DNA from: Thermodesulfovibrionales bacterium
GTDB taxonomy: Bacteria > Nitrospirota > Thermodesulfovibrionia > Thermodesulfovibrionales > SM23-35
NCBI GenBank assembly: GCA_963715195.1
Contig: CAVQRT010000030.1
Span: 260,557-324,556 of the forward strand
Direction: 5' to 3'
DNA: 64,000 nt
Position 1 is the first letter of the stretch. Every line of letters begins with the position of its first letter. The position numbers and the translations under genes were made by a program. This document shows, in pieces, positions 1 to 9,788 of the stretch. The notes under the pieces are model-generated. The model was not told the DNA's origin. It did not search any database and was given only the letters and a program-made list of their open reading frames with translations.

Positions 1-545
1 TCGTGCTTTGAATAGGCATAGCATTTTTTTCTGCAGGGACTGATTCACCGGTCAGCATTGCCTCTTCGACCTTCAATTCCAGCGCATGGAAAAGTCTTAG
101 ATCAGCCGGCACTTTGGCTCCAGAGGTAAGAAGCACAACATCTCCGGGCACCAATTCTTCACTTTGTATCTCTCTTTCTTTTGCATCCCTGAGAACCCTT
201 GCTTTGGGTACAACCATTTGCTTTAACGCTCTTACACTCTGCTCAGCTTTATATTCTTGCAGATACCCAATTACCGCATTCAGTAATACGACTGACATGA
301 TGACTGCCATATCTATATATTCTGCAAGAAGAAAAGTAACTAATGATGCGATAAGGAGAATAAATATGAGCGTGCTGCTAAACTGATGGATGAGTATTTT
401 CAGTTTGCTGATCTGCTCCTGTTCTGCAAGTTTGTTCTGGCCATATTTCGAGAGGCGAATCTTCGCCTCAGATTCTGCTAAGGCCCTCATGTGACGAGCC
501 AAGCTTTTTGAATACCTCTTCTATTTCTAACTGATACCAGCTCAT
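1..545 (-). CDS. Cation-transporting P-type ATPase (PII type), N-terminal part; runs off the window; +1 frameshift near 482
   Basis: Manual translation: MSWYQLEIEEVFKKLGSSHEGL, then in the +1 frame AESEAKIRLSKYGQNKL...LVPGDVVLLTSGAKVPADLRL...EEAMLTGESVP (TGES actuator motif). Confidence 0.9.
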
Positions 546-850
546 TGATTTCATTAAGTATCTGCTTGTTTCAAAGTGTTCTCGAATGCACTTGTCATAC
601 TTGTCTGATATTTTGCCACAATATTATCTCAGATGCTACAGTCGATCTGTTTTCAAATGTGGTATCGACATGTAGCATAGAGATCACTTAAGCAGAAAGC
701 ATAAATTTGAAGTAACAAGCATTCTGCAAGCAATCTAGGCAATTCAGAGAAGCATTGGGAGTGCATGCCTGTCAGTTCTCACTGGGGACAAAGATGCATT
801 ACAATAAAACATAATAGAATTCCTGGAACAATTTAAACATAATACATCAC

Positions 851-1744
851 ATGATACGCATCGGCACGTGTTCATGGACGGAAAAGTCATTAATTCAGAG
901 CGGTGAGTTTTATCCTGAGGAAGTAAAAACCGCTGAGGGAAGGCTCAGGTACTATGCGGGCCAATTTGATACGGTTGAAGTCGATTCAACCTATTATGCC
1001 ATCCCCGACAGGCGAAACACCTCCCTGTGGGTTGACAGAACACCGGAAAACTTCGTTTTTCATATAAAGGGTTACGGCGCGCTTACCGGTCACGGAATTG
1101 ACCCCAATACTTTGCCGAAAGATATTTTCAGTATCCTCCCTGAGAAAGACAAGACAGGGAATCGTGCTTACGTTAAAGAACCGTTTCTCCTGAATACCAT
1201 CGCTGACCGTTTCAGGGAAGCTCTCTACCCGCTTCAAAAAGCCAACAAGCTCGGCGTTCTGGTCTTCCAGTACCCCCCATGGTTTTGCTATAGCACACGG
1301 AATATGGATTTCATACTGACCGGAAAAGAACTGATGGGTAGATTATCAACGGCAGTGGAATTCAGACACGGCAGCTGGCTCACACCTGATGTTCAGGATT
1401 CTGTGTTCCATTTCCTCACCAAGCATCACATTACCTACATTCCGGCAGACGAACCTCAGTATGGAAACCTCGCAACCGTTCCCTTCATCCCCCACCTGAC
1501 TACCGATATTGCCTATTTCAGGTTTCACGGGAGGAACCGGGAGAACTGGCTGAAGAAAGGCGTGGAGACATCCTTGCGGTATGCATATCTTTACAGTGAT
1601 AAGGAACTGAAGGAATTCATATCCCCAATGAACAACATAAGCAAGAGGGCAAAGGTCACCTGCGCCATGTTCAACAACTGCCACGGTGGGTTTGCGATGA
1701 GAAATGCTTTGAGGTTAAAGGAAATGATTAGTCATCCTGACTAA
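851..1744 (+). CDS. DUF72 (YecE-like) TIM-barrel protein
   Basis: IRIGTCSW, FDTVEVDSTYY, FQYPPWF, AVEFRH, YFRFHGRN and FNN motifs. Confidence 0.9.
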   Translation: MIRIGTCSWTEKSLIQSGEFYPEEVKTAEGRLRYYAGQFDTVEVDSTYYAIPDRRNTSLWVDRTPENFVFHIKGYGALTGHGIDPNTLPKDIFSILPEKDKTGNRAYVKEPFLLNTIADRFREALYPLQKANKLGVLVFQYPPWFCYSTRNMDFILTGKELMGRLSTAVEFRHGSWLTPDVQDSVFHFLTKHHITYIPADEPQYGNLATVPFIPHLTTDIAYFRFHGRNRENWLKKGVETSLRYAYLYSDKELKEFISPMNNISKRAKVTCAMFNNCHGGFAMRNALRLKEMISHPD

Positions 1745-1844
1745 TATAAGGACGCGGGCATAAAAATCACGAAATGGCTTCGTAATGGCTTTTTAAAAGA
1801 ACTTTCTGTTACTATAGATTAGCTTTTAGTATTTGGATGACACG

Positions 1845-1880
1845 AACCCTCAGATGCTGAGAAAGCTCTGGGGGTTTTTT
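1845..1880 (+). terminator. Hairpin plus U-tract just upstream of the DEAD-box gene
   Basis: AACCCTCAGA...TCTGGGGGTT followed by a T run. Confidence 0.55.
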
Positions 1881-1908
1881 ATGCCGTGAGAAAATGAAAG
1901 GATGAACA

Positions 1909-3366
1909 ATGAACTTTGAAGATTTTCGGTTAAGTCAAGAAACAATGAAATCAATATCAGAAATCGGGTTTGAGGAGCCGACACCTATTCAGGTCACCGC
2001 CATCCCCATCATACTGAATGGGAAGGATCTTGTTGGACAGGCACAAACAGGAACGGGAAAGACTGCTGCCTTTGCCATCCCGATCACGGAAAGATGCCGC
2101 AAGGGGAGAAAACCCTTTGCGATCATCCTTGAACCGACAAGGGAACTGGCAGTGCAGGTTGCTCAGGAGATGTATAAAATCGGCAGGCATAAAAAAATCA
2201 GCGTTCTGCCTATTTACGGTGGTTCCTCGATTGAAAGACAGATAAAGACTCTACAGCGCGGCGTCAATATTATCGTCGGTACACCCGGCCGTGTGATTGA
2301 CCTGATCAACAGGAAGGTGTTGTCCCTCTCGGAGATAAGAATGGTTGTTCTTGATGAAGCAGACGAAATGCTTGATATGGGGTTTCTCGATGACATTGTA
2401 ACAATACTGAAGGAAACTCCCGCAGAAAGGCAGACTCTTCTCTTTTCAGCCACAATCCCCCAGCAGATCATAAATATCGCGAAACGGCATATGACAACTC
2501 CCGAGAAGATACAGGTAAATACGAAGGATCTTGTCATTCCGGAGATACGGCAGCTTTTCTACGAGGTCGGGCAAGAAACCCGAATTAACGCCCTTTCCAG
2601 GATCCTCGATGTCGAAGACCCGGAACTTGCCATTGTTTTCTGCCATACCAAGCGGGAGGTTGATGATGTCAGCATAAAACTCAGCCAATTGGGGTTCAAC
2701 GCAGGTGCCATACACGGCGATTATACCCAGGCAAGAAGGGATGAAGTCATGAGGAAATTCAGGGGCGGGATGCTTGACATCCTTGTTGCGACTGATGTGG
2801 CTGCGAGGGGACTTGATATAAAAAATGTCTCGCACGTGATCAACTACGGGATCCCCCAGAATCCCGACAGTTATGTCCATAGAATTGGAAGGACAGGCAG
2901 GGCAGGAAAGTCGGGGATCGCTATAACCCTCATCACTCCGAGGGAATACAAACATCTGCGGTTGATAGAGAGAACAGCAAGGACGGTTATTGACAGGAAA
3001 AGATTGCCTTCACGGGCAGATGTTCTCAAGGCAAAAGAGGAAAACATTGCCCGGGACATTGCCGGAATAATCAGGGAGAACCGGCATGCTTCATACCTTC
3101 AGACTGTGAAAGAGTTGTCGGAATCCTATGCATTCGGGGATATTGCCGCAGCAGCCCTCTTTGCAGCATTCGGCGGGAAAAAGGAAAACTCTCCAAAGGA
3201 ACCGTTCATCCCTGAGGCTCCTGTGCGTTTACCGGTGACAGGTGACAGGTACAATAAAGGCAAGACAGCAATGAAACCCTCCGGCTCAAAGCCGCATTCC
3301 CGCTTTCATAAAAACCCCAAAAAACGATACCGGTTTATCAGCGCCTCTTTCATGTATCGAGGATAA
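1909..3366 (+). CDS. DEAD-box ATP-dependent RNA helicase (DeaD/CshA-like)
   Basis: Q motif, AQTGTGKT, PTRELA, DEAD, SAT, ARGLD, HRIGRTGRAG. Confidence 0.95.
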   Translation: MNFEDFRLSQETMKSISEIGFEEPTPIQVTAIPIILNGKDLVGQAQTGTGKTAAFAIPITERCRKGRKPFAIILEPTRELAVQVAQEMYKIGRHKKISVLPIYGGSSIERQIKTLQRGVNIIVGTPGRVIDLINRKVLSLSEIRMVVLDEADEMLDMGFLDDIVTILKETPAERQTLLFSATIPQQIINIAKRHMTTPEKIQVNTKDLVIPEIRQLFYEVGQETRINALSRILDVEDPELAIVFCHTKREVDDVSIKLSQLGFNAGAIHGDYTQARRDEVMRKFRGGMLDILVATDVAARGLDIKNVSHVINYGIPQNPDSYVHRIGRTGRAGKSGIAITLITPREYKHLRLIERTARTVIDRKRLPSRADVLKAKEENIARDIAGIIRENRHASYLQTVKELSESYAFGDIAAAALFAAFGGKKENSPKEPFIPEAPVRLPVTGDRYNKGKTAMKPSGSKPHSRFHKNPKKRYRFISASFMYRG

Positions 3367-3457
3367 CTCACTCTATTTGTCGATAGATGGCAGATATTCT
3401 ATTTGAGCGATGTTTCACTCTGTTGCTGAAAAACACCATTTTGACTATGATAAATCT

Positions 3458-5392
3458 ATGAAATACCTGGTGAGCATTATCCTGCTCCTCATCTTTTGCT
3501 TCCCCGTTTACGGGGAAGAACTTGACGGCAAAGCATACCTGCAAAAAGGCAGGGACGACCTCAAAAACAGCAGATATGATGATGCCATTGTCAGTTTGAA
3601 GAAAGCAGAAAAAGAGTTCCCCGTCCTTGGCGATTATGCCCTTTTATGGCTTTCCGCTGCATACCATGAAACCGGTGACCACAAGCGGTCGCTCGAGACC
3701 ATTCGAACACTCCTGAAACAGTATCCGGACTCGTCGCTTGGAAAGGAATCCCGGTCGAGGGAGATAGAGGAAGCTCTTAAAGTTTCAGAAGAAAATATCC
3801 AAACCTTGTATGAATCCTATATAAAGGATTATCCATCTGATACAGAAATAAAATATAGCTTTGCCCGATGGCTGAAGCAGGACGGACAAACTGAAAAGGC
3901 TAAGCTCCTTTTTAAGGAAATCTACAGAGACGCACGGGTATTTTCGACGATGGCTCTGCAGGAACTTGATGCATCTGATATCGGGGTTGGGGACATGCTG
4001 CAGCATGCTTCGAACCATATCAGGCAGATGAATTACGCAACTGCTGAACCAATACTGAGAAAGGCACTGGCGAAGGATGACGGTTCCCTCAAAACAGAGA
4101 TTCTGAAGAAACTTGCTCTTTGCCTTTTCAGACAGAAGAAATACCAAAAAGCCTCGGACATTTATAAGCAGGTTGGAGAACAGTACTGGGAAATCCGTTC
4201 CCTGTATCGTGCAGGAGAAAAAACCGCACTGGATGATGCTCTCGATGAACTCTTCGCCGTCAATGATGCAAGGATGAGTTCAATCCTTCTGGCCCTGGCT
4301 GCTGACAGGAGAAGGGACGGAAAAAGCCAGGACGCCATTGCGCTCTACCGGGATATCATGGAAAAATTTCCTTCAGAGGCCGAGGAATCCCTCTGGGGCA
4401 CCGGGTGGACATACTTTCTTGGAGGAGAATACCGGAAGGCATCGGAAATCTTCTCCCGTCTTCACAATACATATGGCGGCACGAAATATCTCTACTGGAA
4501 AACGCGAAGTCTTGAATTATGCGGGGAAGATGCACCCACGGATCATGTTCCATCATTAGGAAGCAGGATAGATTTCTACAGTATCATGCTGAATATGCGG
4601 ACAGCAAAGAGTCAGCAGCAATCCAATAGCAAGGTTCAGGAAGGTTTCGTCAGCACTGTCAACGTTGTGCAGGCAGCAGCGCCCTCATTCGGAATGATCG
4701 AACGCATCGAATACCTTTTTGCTCTCGGTCTTCAGAATGAAGCTTTATCCGAGATGACCCATTTGTCGAAAAATACCCGCTCATTCGATGACATATTGTA
4801 TCTATGCTCCAAATTTGAGGAATCGGGGGAGTACAGATCCTCGGTCAGGCTGGCAGGGAGAATCCCGAATTCCGATATGGTGCGCCATTTCCTTTATCCC
4901 CGGGCTTACAAGGACTCGATCGAAGCATTGTCTTCTCAATACTCTCTCGATCCTTTCCTGGTACTCTCGATTGTACGGGAAGAAAGCAGGTTCGATTATG
5001 AAGCCCGATCTCCTGCAGGCGCGATAGGCCTTATGCAGCTTATGCCGGGCACTGCGTTCAGGCTTGACCGTAAGCTCAACCTTGGCATACGTTATTCCCG
5101 GGATCTGAACGATATCAGGAAAAATCTCCGGATCGGCACGTACTATCTCAGTGCTCTTGTCAGGGAGTTCGGCGCCTACCCTCAGGCAATTGCTGCGTAT
5201 AATGCCGGCGAGGAGACAGTGAGAAAATGGCTCCAAAAGGAAAAGTATAAATCCACTGATGAATTCATCGAGGATATCCCCTACCGTGAGACAAGAAATT
5301 ATGTGAAAAGGGTTCTGACAACATTTTTCGAGTACAAAAGGAGCTACGCAAAGGACCCTCACACGGTCAGCCTGACCCTTGAAAGCATGTAG
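3458..5392 (+). CDS. Soluble lytic transglycosylase (Slt70-like) with TPR repeats and signal peptide
   Basis: C-terminal REESRF, GLMQLMP, AAYNAG, ETRNYV; start moved to MKYLVSII, which follows TTGCTG-17-TATGAT. Confidence 0.9.
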   Translation: MKYLVSIILLLIFCFPVYGEELDGKAYLQKGRDDLKNSRYDDAIVSLKKAEKEFPVLGDYALLWLSAAYHETGDHKRSLETIRTLLKQYPDSSLGKESRSREIEEALKVSEENIQTLYESYIKDYPSDTEIKYSFARWLKQDGQTEKAKLLFKEIYRDARVFSTMALQELDASDIGVGDMLQHASNHIRQMNYATAEPILRKALAKDDGSLKTEILKKLALCLFRQKKYQKASDIYKQVGEQYWEIRSLYRAGEKTALDDALDELFAVNDARMSSILLALAADRRRDGKSQDAIALYRDIMEKFPSEAEESLWGTGWTYFLGGEYRKASEIFSRLHNTYGGTKYLYWKTRSLELCGEDAPTDHVPSLGSRIDFYSIMLNMRTAKSQQQSNSKVQEGFVSTVNVVQAAAPSFGMIERIEYLFALGLQNEALSEMTHLSKNTRSFDDILYLCSKFEESGEYRSSVRLAGRIPNSDMVRHFLYPRAYKDSIEALSSQYSLDPFLVLSIVREESRFDYEARSPAGAIGLMQLMPGTAFRLDRKLNLGIRYSRDLNDIRKNLRIGTYYLSALVREFGAYPQAIAAYNAGEETVRKWLQKEKYKSTDEFIEDIPYRETRNYVKRVLTTFFEYKRSYAKDPHTVSLTLESM

Positions 5393-5426
5393 ACTTTATC
5401 CTGACTGTTCTGGTATTTTAGGTACG

Positions 5427-5726
5427 ATGGTTTTCAGAAAATCCCTCTTTGACGACGACCAAATCGAGGATCTACCCAAGGACGGGAAAAAGGAGGTAAA
5501 GCCATTGGAGAAACTGAAAAGCCTTGAAGATAAAATTTCAACCGCCATAGAGCGGGTTAAGACCCTCAAAGAGGAAAAAATACTTTTTGAAAGAAAGATA
5601 CGGGAATTCGAAAGACTCTTAGATGAAAAAAGCCAGGAAGTCGAGCAACTCAGATCAGAAAAGAACGTCATAAAGAATCAGCTTGAATCGCTCCTCAGCG
5701 AACTCGATACGCTCGAGGCTGACTGA
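5427..5726 (+). CDS. zapB: Cell division protein ZapB-like coiled coil (alternative start TTG 5505 after AGGAGG)
   Basis: LEDKISTAIERVKTLKEEK coiled coil, directly upstream of zapA. Confidence 0.7.
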   Translation: MVFRKSLFDDDQIEDLPKDGKKEVKPLEKLKSLEDKISTAIERVKTLKEEKILFERKIREFERLLDEKSQEVEQLRSEKNVIKNQLESLLSELDTLEAD

Positions 5727-5731
5727 GAACA

Positions 5732-5998
5732 ATGGGCAGCACCGAAGTCTACATTTTGGGGCAGAAATATTCGATCAGGGGCGATGCCCCTGAGGAATAC
5801 ATCAGGGAACTCGCCGCTTTTGTCGACAAGAAACTGAAAGATGTATACAATGCCGTACCAAACATAACACCGGTGAAAGCAAGCATCCTTGCCGCACTCG
5901 ATATCGCAGACGAACTCTATAAACTGAAAAACCAGCAGGACGAAATGACCCGGCATATCGAGGAAAAGGCATCGACCCTTGCATCATTATTCGACTGA
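5732..5998 (+). CDS. zapA: Cell division protein ZapA
   Basis: EVYILGQKYSI...YIRELAAFVDKKL...ILAALDIADEL. Confidence 0.92.
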   Translation: MGSTEVYILGQKYSIRGDAPEEYIRELAAFVDKKLKDVYNAVPNITPVKASILAALDIADELYKLKNQQDEMTRHIEEKASTLASLFD

Positions 5999-6118
5999 AT
6001 CACATTTTTTTCACTGGCATCTCAGCATCTCAATTACTTGTCAATCAGAGTCCGTACCACTCAATCACTCCCGTATGAAACAATCATCTCAAACAAGGAC
6101 CCAAAGGACTGATGTAAT

Positions 6119-6151
6119 ATCCCCCTCACACCCCCTTTTTGCAAAGGGGGA
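6119..6151. repeat. REP-like palindromic repeat (CCCCCT..CCCCCTTTT GC AAAGGGGG family)
   Basis: Hairpin CCCCCTTT/AAAGGGGG; related to the element inside mnmA at 7961-8036. Confidence 0.6.
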
Positions 6152-6163
6152 AGAGAAATATTT

Positions 6164-6994
6164 GTGATGAAACACCTGTGGAGTATAAGGATGAGAGCAT
6201 CTAAAACTGCAAACACTACCCGGGAGGGAAGCAGTAAAAATGAAATACACATTTCAGGGGCTGAAGGGCTCTATCCTGTTTCAGAACTTCCGGCAGTCGT
6301 CAGCCGGTATACCGAAAGAGCATTACACCATTCGAAGGGCAAGGCCGATAAGATTGTCGTTACCGCTGAGAAAATCAGTCAGAGATCTCAGACCATACCA
6401 GCCTTGCCGATAAGCACGGTCATGTGCCGGATGCCGGAGGAAGGAAAGACCATTATTCAGGAGATCCTGTTTGCATTGGGCATTACAAAAAAAGCGCTTC
6501 AAGCAGGATTCGCGACAATCAGGAAAGGTGGCATGAGGGGTGCTGCAATTATCGGTGCAAAGGAAGGTTACCGTTTTGAGCCGGACAGGCAAAGGGGCGT
6601 TAGGGTATCACGCCTTGGAATCACCTCGCCGGCTTCCAAGCTCCTTTCCGCAAGGCTCTCTGATTGTGGAATCAACACAGACATTGTGAAAGAGGCCTTG
6701 ATCCTTGCTTCAAAGGTTGTATCTCATAAAGATGTGATTGCCGAACTCTGTGTATCGGATGACCCGGATTATACAACCGGCTATGTTGCGTCTGAAAAAT
6801 TCGGGTATATAAGGGTACCTCATATCAAACGGAAAAGGAGCACAATGGGAGGAAGGGCATTTTTTGTGCGTGAGGGGTCGGATATCAACGGATTGATCTA
6901 CTATCTCGAAACAATGCCTGTCATGATCGGAAAGACAGCCCTCTGCAAGGGCATCCATTCGGTATATGAAATCCTTAATAATCCTTATCGCTAA
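6164..6994 (+). CDS. bioW: 6-carboxyhexanoate--CoA ligase (pimeloyl-CoA synthetase)
   Basis: SIRMRAS, HISGAE, MRGA, RGVRVS, KEALILASKV, ELCVSDDPDYTTGYVAS, GGRAFF. Confidence 0.9.
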   Translation: MMKHLWSIRMRASKTANTTREGSSKNEIHISGAEGLYPVSELPAVVSRYTERALHHSKGKADKIVVTAEKISQRSQTIPALPISTVMCRMPEEGKTIIQEILFALGITKKALQAGFATIRKGGMRGAAIIGAKEGYRFEPDRQRGVRVSRLGITSPASKLLSARLSDCGINTDIVKEALILASKVVSHKDVIAELCVSDDPDYTTGYVASEKFGYIRVPHIKRKRSTMGGRAFFVREGSDINGLIYYLETMPVMIGKTALCKGIHSVYEILNNPYR

Positions 6995-7850
6995 CCCAGC
7001 AGCTCACAGGGCATCAAACAAAAAAGTCGCAACGGCTTCCTATTACCTGCAGTCAAAGGGATACGAAGTAGAAGTCATCTTTACCCACAGCAGGGGTGAT
7101 GCAGAGCACCTTGCGAGGGAATCACTTCTACGGCAGCCCTCCCTCATCATTGCCGCCGGAGGTGACGGAACATTTAACGAGGTCGTCAATGGAATCGCGG
7201 GTACCGGTATTCCGATGGGTATTTTGCCGCTCGGCACAACCAATGTCCTTGCAAGGGAACTTCATATCCCTGAAAATGTTCAGGCTGCCATGGAAAAGGC
7301 TCTCAGAAAAAATCCGCACAGTATTTCGCTCGGAAAGATAACACTCACCGATTCCTCACCCAACATTTCCCGTTATTTTATTCTTATGGCCGGAATCGGG
7401 TACGACGCCATGGCGGTATACGGGACCAACGAAGTATTGAAGCAATTTTCCGGACAGGGTGCCTATCTCTACAGTGGGATGAAAACCCTTGTGAAATTTC
7501 ATCCTTCTCTCCTGACCTTTACTGCTGACGGAAAACACTACGAGGGATATTCAGGAATCATCGGCAATGCGGCGAAATACGGAGGGGCATTCAGTGTAAC
7601 CCCTGACGCGGACTTGAGCGATCCTGTTCTGCATCTGTGTATTTTTAAAGGGAGAAAGCGAGTTGACATAGCACGGTATGTTTTCGGTGTGCTCACCGGC
7701 ACCCATTTGAAATACCGGGATATCGAATATCTCAGGGCTAAACATATTGTGATCAACGGCCGAGCTCATATCCAGTTGGACGGCGATTATTTTGGAATGA
7801 CACCGGCGAAGGTCGAGGTCGCTCCCAATGCCCTTAACCTGATCTTTTAA
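6966..7850 (+). CDS. Diacylglycerol kinase family lipid kinase (YegS/DagK-like)
   Basis: ANPAA, AAGGDGTFNEVVNG, LPLGTTN, YGG, QLDGD. Confidence 0.92.
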   Translation: MKSLIILIANPAAHRASNKKVATASYYLQSKGYEVEVIFTHSRGDAEHLARESLLRQPSLIIAAGGDGTFNEVVNGIAGTGIPMGILPLGTTNVLARELHIPENVQAAMEKALRKNPHSISLGKITLTDSSPNISRYFILMAGIGYDAMAVYGTNEVLKQFSGQGAYLYSGMKTLVKFHPSLLTFTADGKHYEGYSGIIGNAAKYGGAFSVTPDADLSDPVLHLCIFKGRKRVDIARYVFGVLTGTHLKYRDIEYLRAKHIVINGRAHIQLDGDYFGMTPAKVEVAPNALNLIF

Positions 7851-9072
7851 TGACGCCTCCGCCGATTACTATATCATTGTCATAGAATACCGCACTCTGC
7901 CCGGGAGCCGGCGCCCACTGCGGTTCATCAAAAACAATATGGACAATAATCGCACCTGATAATCCACCCTTGCCCCCTTTTCCGCATTTAGGCGGATTCG
8001 CCGGGGCGAAAGCAAAGGTGGGTAAGGGGGGATTTGTTTTAAAAAAAATCGTTGCCGGCTCATCGTTCATGGTGGAACGGACCTTAACCGTCGCCCTGAA
8101 AAAACCTGCGGGTTCCCCTGACCCCGATTCCTCCCATTGTATTGATTGAGAAAGCGGAGGAGTAATCCAGTTTAAATCATGCACGGAAAATTCCTTTTTC
8201 TTTGCTGAATCCCGGGGGCCTGCGTATACAGTATTCTTTGCGATATCGATATCCGTTACATAGAGGGGTTCCGGCGACGCTATACCCAGACCTTTGCGCT
8301 GACCAATGGTATATCCGTAAATCCCCTTATGTGTTCCAATGATTTTCCCGTGCAGGTCGAGAATGGGGCCCGGTTCCATTTCAGCCTGAAAAAACTTCTG
8401 AATGAATTGCAGGTAATTTCTCCCCTGAATGAAGCATATCTCTTGGCTTTCTTTACACTCTGCTGCAGCCAGACCAAGGTCTCCGGCTATTTTCCTGACA
8501 GCGTTCTTCGTGAAACCGCCGAGGGGCAGAATCAGTCTTCTGAGAATATCCTGAGTTAATAAATACAGCACGTAGGATTGATCTTTTTTCAGATCGATAC
8601 CTTTTTTTAAAAGAGCTGAAGGCTGAAGGTGTATGGCTGAAGGTATCCTTGAATCCTTGAATCCTTGAACCCTTGGCCCCTCTCTTTTAACTCTTGCATA
8701 ATGTCCCGTTGCAATATATTCCGCACCTCTTTTCTCCGCCTCTTGAATAAGATGCGGAAACTTGATATACCGGTTGCACAGGATGCATGGATTCGGTGTC
8801 AATCCTGAAGTATATGCCTGCACGAACGGTGTGACGACCTTTCCGGCAAAATCATCTTTCACGTCGATGACGTCATGACGTATTCCTATCATCCGGGCGG
8901 TACGGGAGGTGCTTTCAATTGATCGAAACGAACAGCAGGCCGGCACAGTTCCCCCCGTCTTTTCCCACATAAGAAAGGATATCCCCTCGACCTCATATCC
9001 CTGCTCTTTGAGCAGATATGCGGTGACTGAAGAGTCAATGCCCCCGCTCATCCCAACGAGAACCTTTGGCAT
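7834..9072 (-). CDS. mnmA: tRNA 2-thiouridine(34) synthase with loop insertions
   Basis: MSGGIDS, TPNPCILCN, ATGHY, KDQSY, ESQEICF, YTIGQRKG, PGQSAVFY. Confidence 0.96.
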   Translation of the reverse strand: MPKVLVGMSGGIDSSVTAYLLKEQGYEVEGISFLMWEKTGGTVPACCSFRSIESTSRTARMIGIRHDVIDVKDDFAGKVVTPFVQAYTSGLTPNPCILCNRYIKFPHLIQEAEKRGAEYIATGHYARVKREGPRVQGFKDSRIPSAIHLQPSALLKKGIDLKKDQSYVLYLLTQDILRRLILPLGGFTKNAVRKIAGDLGLAAAECKESQEICFIQGRNYLQFIQKFFQAEMEPGPILDLHGKIIGTHKGIYGYTIGQRKGLGIASPEPLYVTDIDIAKNTVYAGPRDSAKKKEFSVHDLNWITPPLSQSIQWEESGSGEPAGFFRATVKVRSTMNDEPATIFFKTNPPLPTFAFAPANPPKCGKGGKGGLSGAIIVHIVFDEPQWAPAPGQSAVFYDNDIVIGGGVIKRSG

Positions 9073-9128
9073 ATGTACAACTATACCAGATTGACCTTAC
9101 CACCTGTAACTACTACAATAGGTTGATA

Positions 9129-9641
9129 ATGAAGAATATCGTTCTGACCGGCTTCATGGGGACAGGGAAAACCGAAGTTGGCAAGGAACTTGCGCAAATC
9201 AGGGGTCTGAAGCTGATAGATCTGGATACGGAAATCGAAAAATCAGAAAAGATGACCATCAATGAGATATTCAAACAGTTCGGTGAGCAGAAATTCAGGG
9301 ATATTGAGTCGGAGATGATAGAAAAACTTTCCCGGGAGAGGAACGTTATTATCTCCACCGGCGGCGGGGCGGTCCTGAAGCAACAGAATATGGATATCCT
9401 AAAAAAAACGGGAATCGTTATCTGTTTCATGGCAACACCGGAGACAATCCTGCAAAGAACAGGCAATAGCGACAACAGGCCACTGCTGATGGTAGACAAT
9501 CCTCTTGAAAAGATTCGCGAACTTCTGGAATTCAGGAGGCCTTTTTATGAAAAGGCCGATCTTATGATCGATACCGAGGATAAAACACCCCGGCAGATTG
9601 CGGAAGAGATTATCGATCAAATACGAAATTCTAAACTCTAA
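9129..9641 (+). CDS. aroK: Shikimate kinase
   Basis: NIVLTGFMGTGKT, ISTGGG, RPLL; adjacent to aroB. Confidence 0.95.
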   Translation: MKNIVLTGFMGTGKTEVGKELAQIRGLKLIDLDTEIEKSEKMTINEIFKQFGEQKFRDIESEMIEKLSRERNVIISTGGGAVLKQQNMDILKKTGIVICFMATPETILQRTGNSDNRPLLMVDNPLEKIRELLEFRRPFYEKADLMIDTEDKTPRQIAEEIIDQIRNSKL

Positions 9642-9702
9642 ACGAGTTGTTGTTAATAGCCCTGCACCAAAAGCGCAGGGCGTAAAAGTCAAACTCAGAA
9701 TC

Positions 9703-9774
9703 GTCATTCTCCGGCTTGACCGGAGAATCCAGTTCTTGTTCTCTGGATTGCCCGATCAAGTCGGGCAATGGCAC
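9703..9774. repeat. REP-like GTCATT...AATG composite palindrome
   Basis: GTCATTCTCCGGCTTGACCGGAGAATCCAG...CTGGATTGCCCGATCAAGTCGGGCAATG; related copies at 19498-19586 and 25555-25631. Confidence 0.7.
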
Positions 9775-9788
9775 AACTAATGAATATT

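Noticed and set aside
114..386. Plus-strand 90-aa ORF and the many other antisense or overlapping ORFs in the track
   Set aside because: Shadow ORFs opposite well-supported genes, without motifs or RBS
5999..6163. 6S RNA (ssrS), often found downstream of zapA
   Set aside because: No long closing stem or central bubble visible; the region holds only a REP-like hairpin. A cmscan would settle it.
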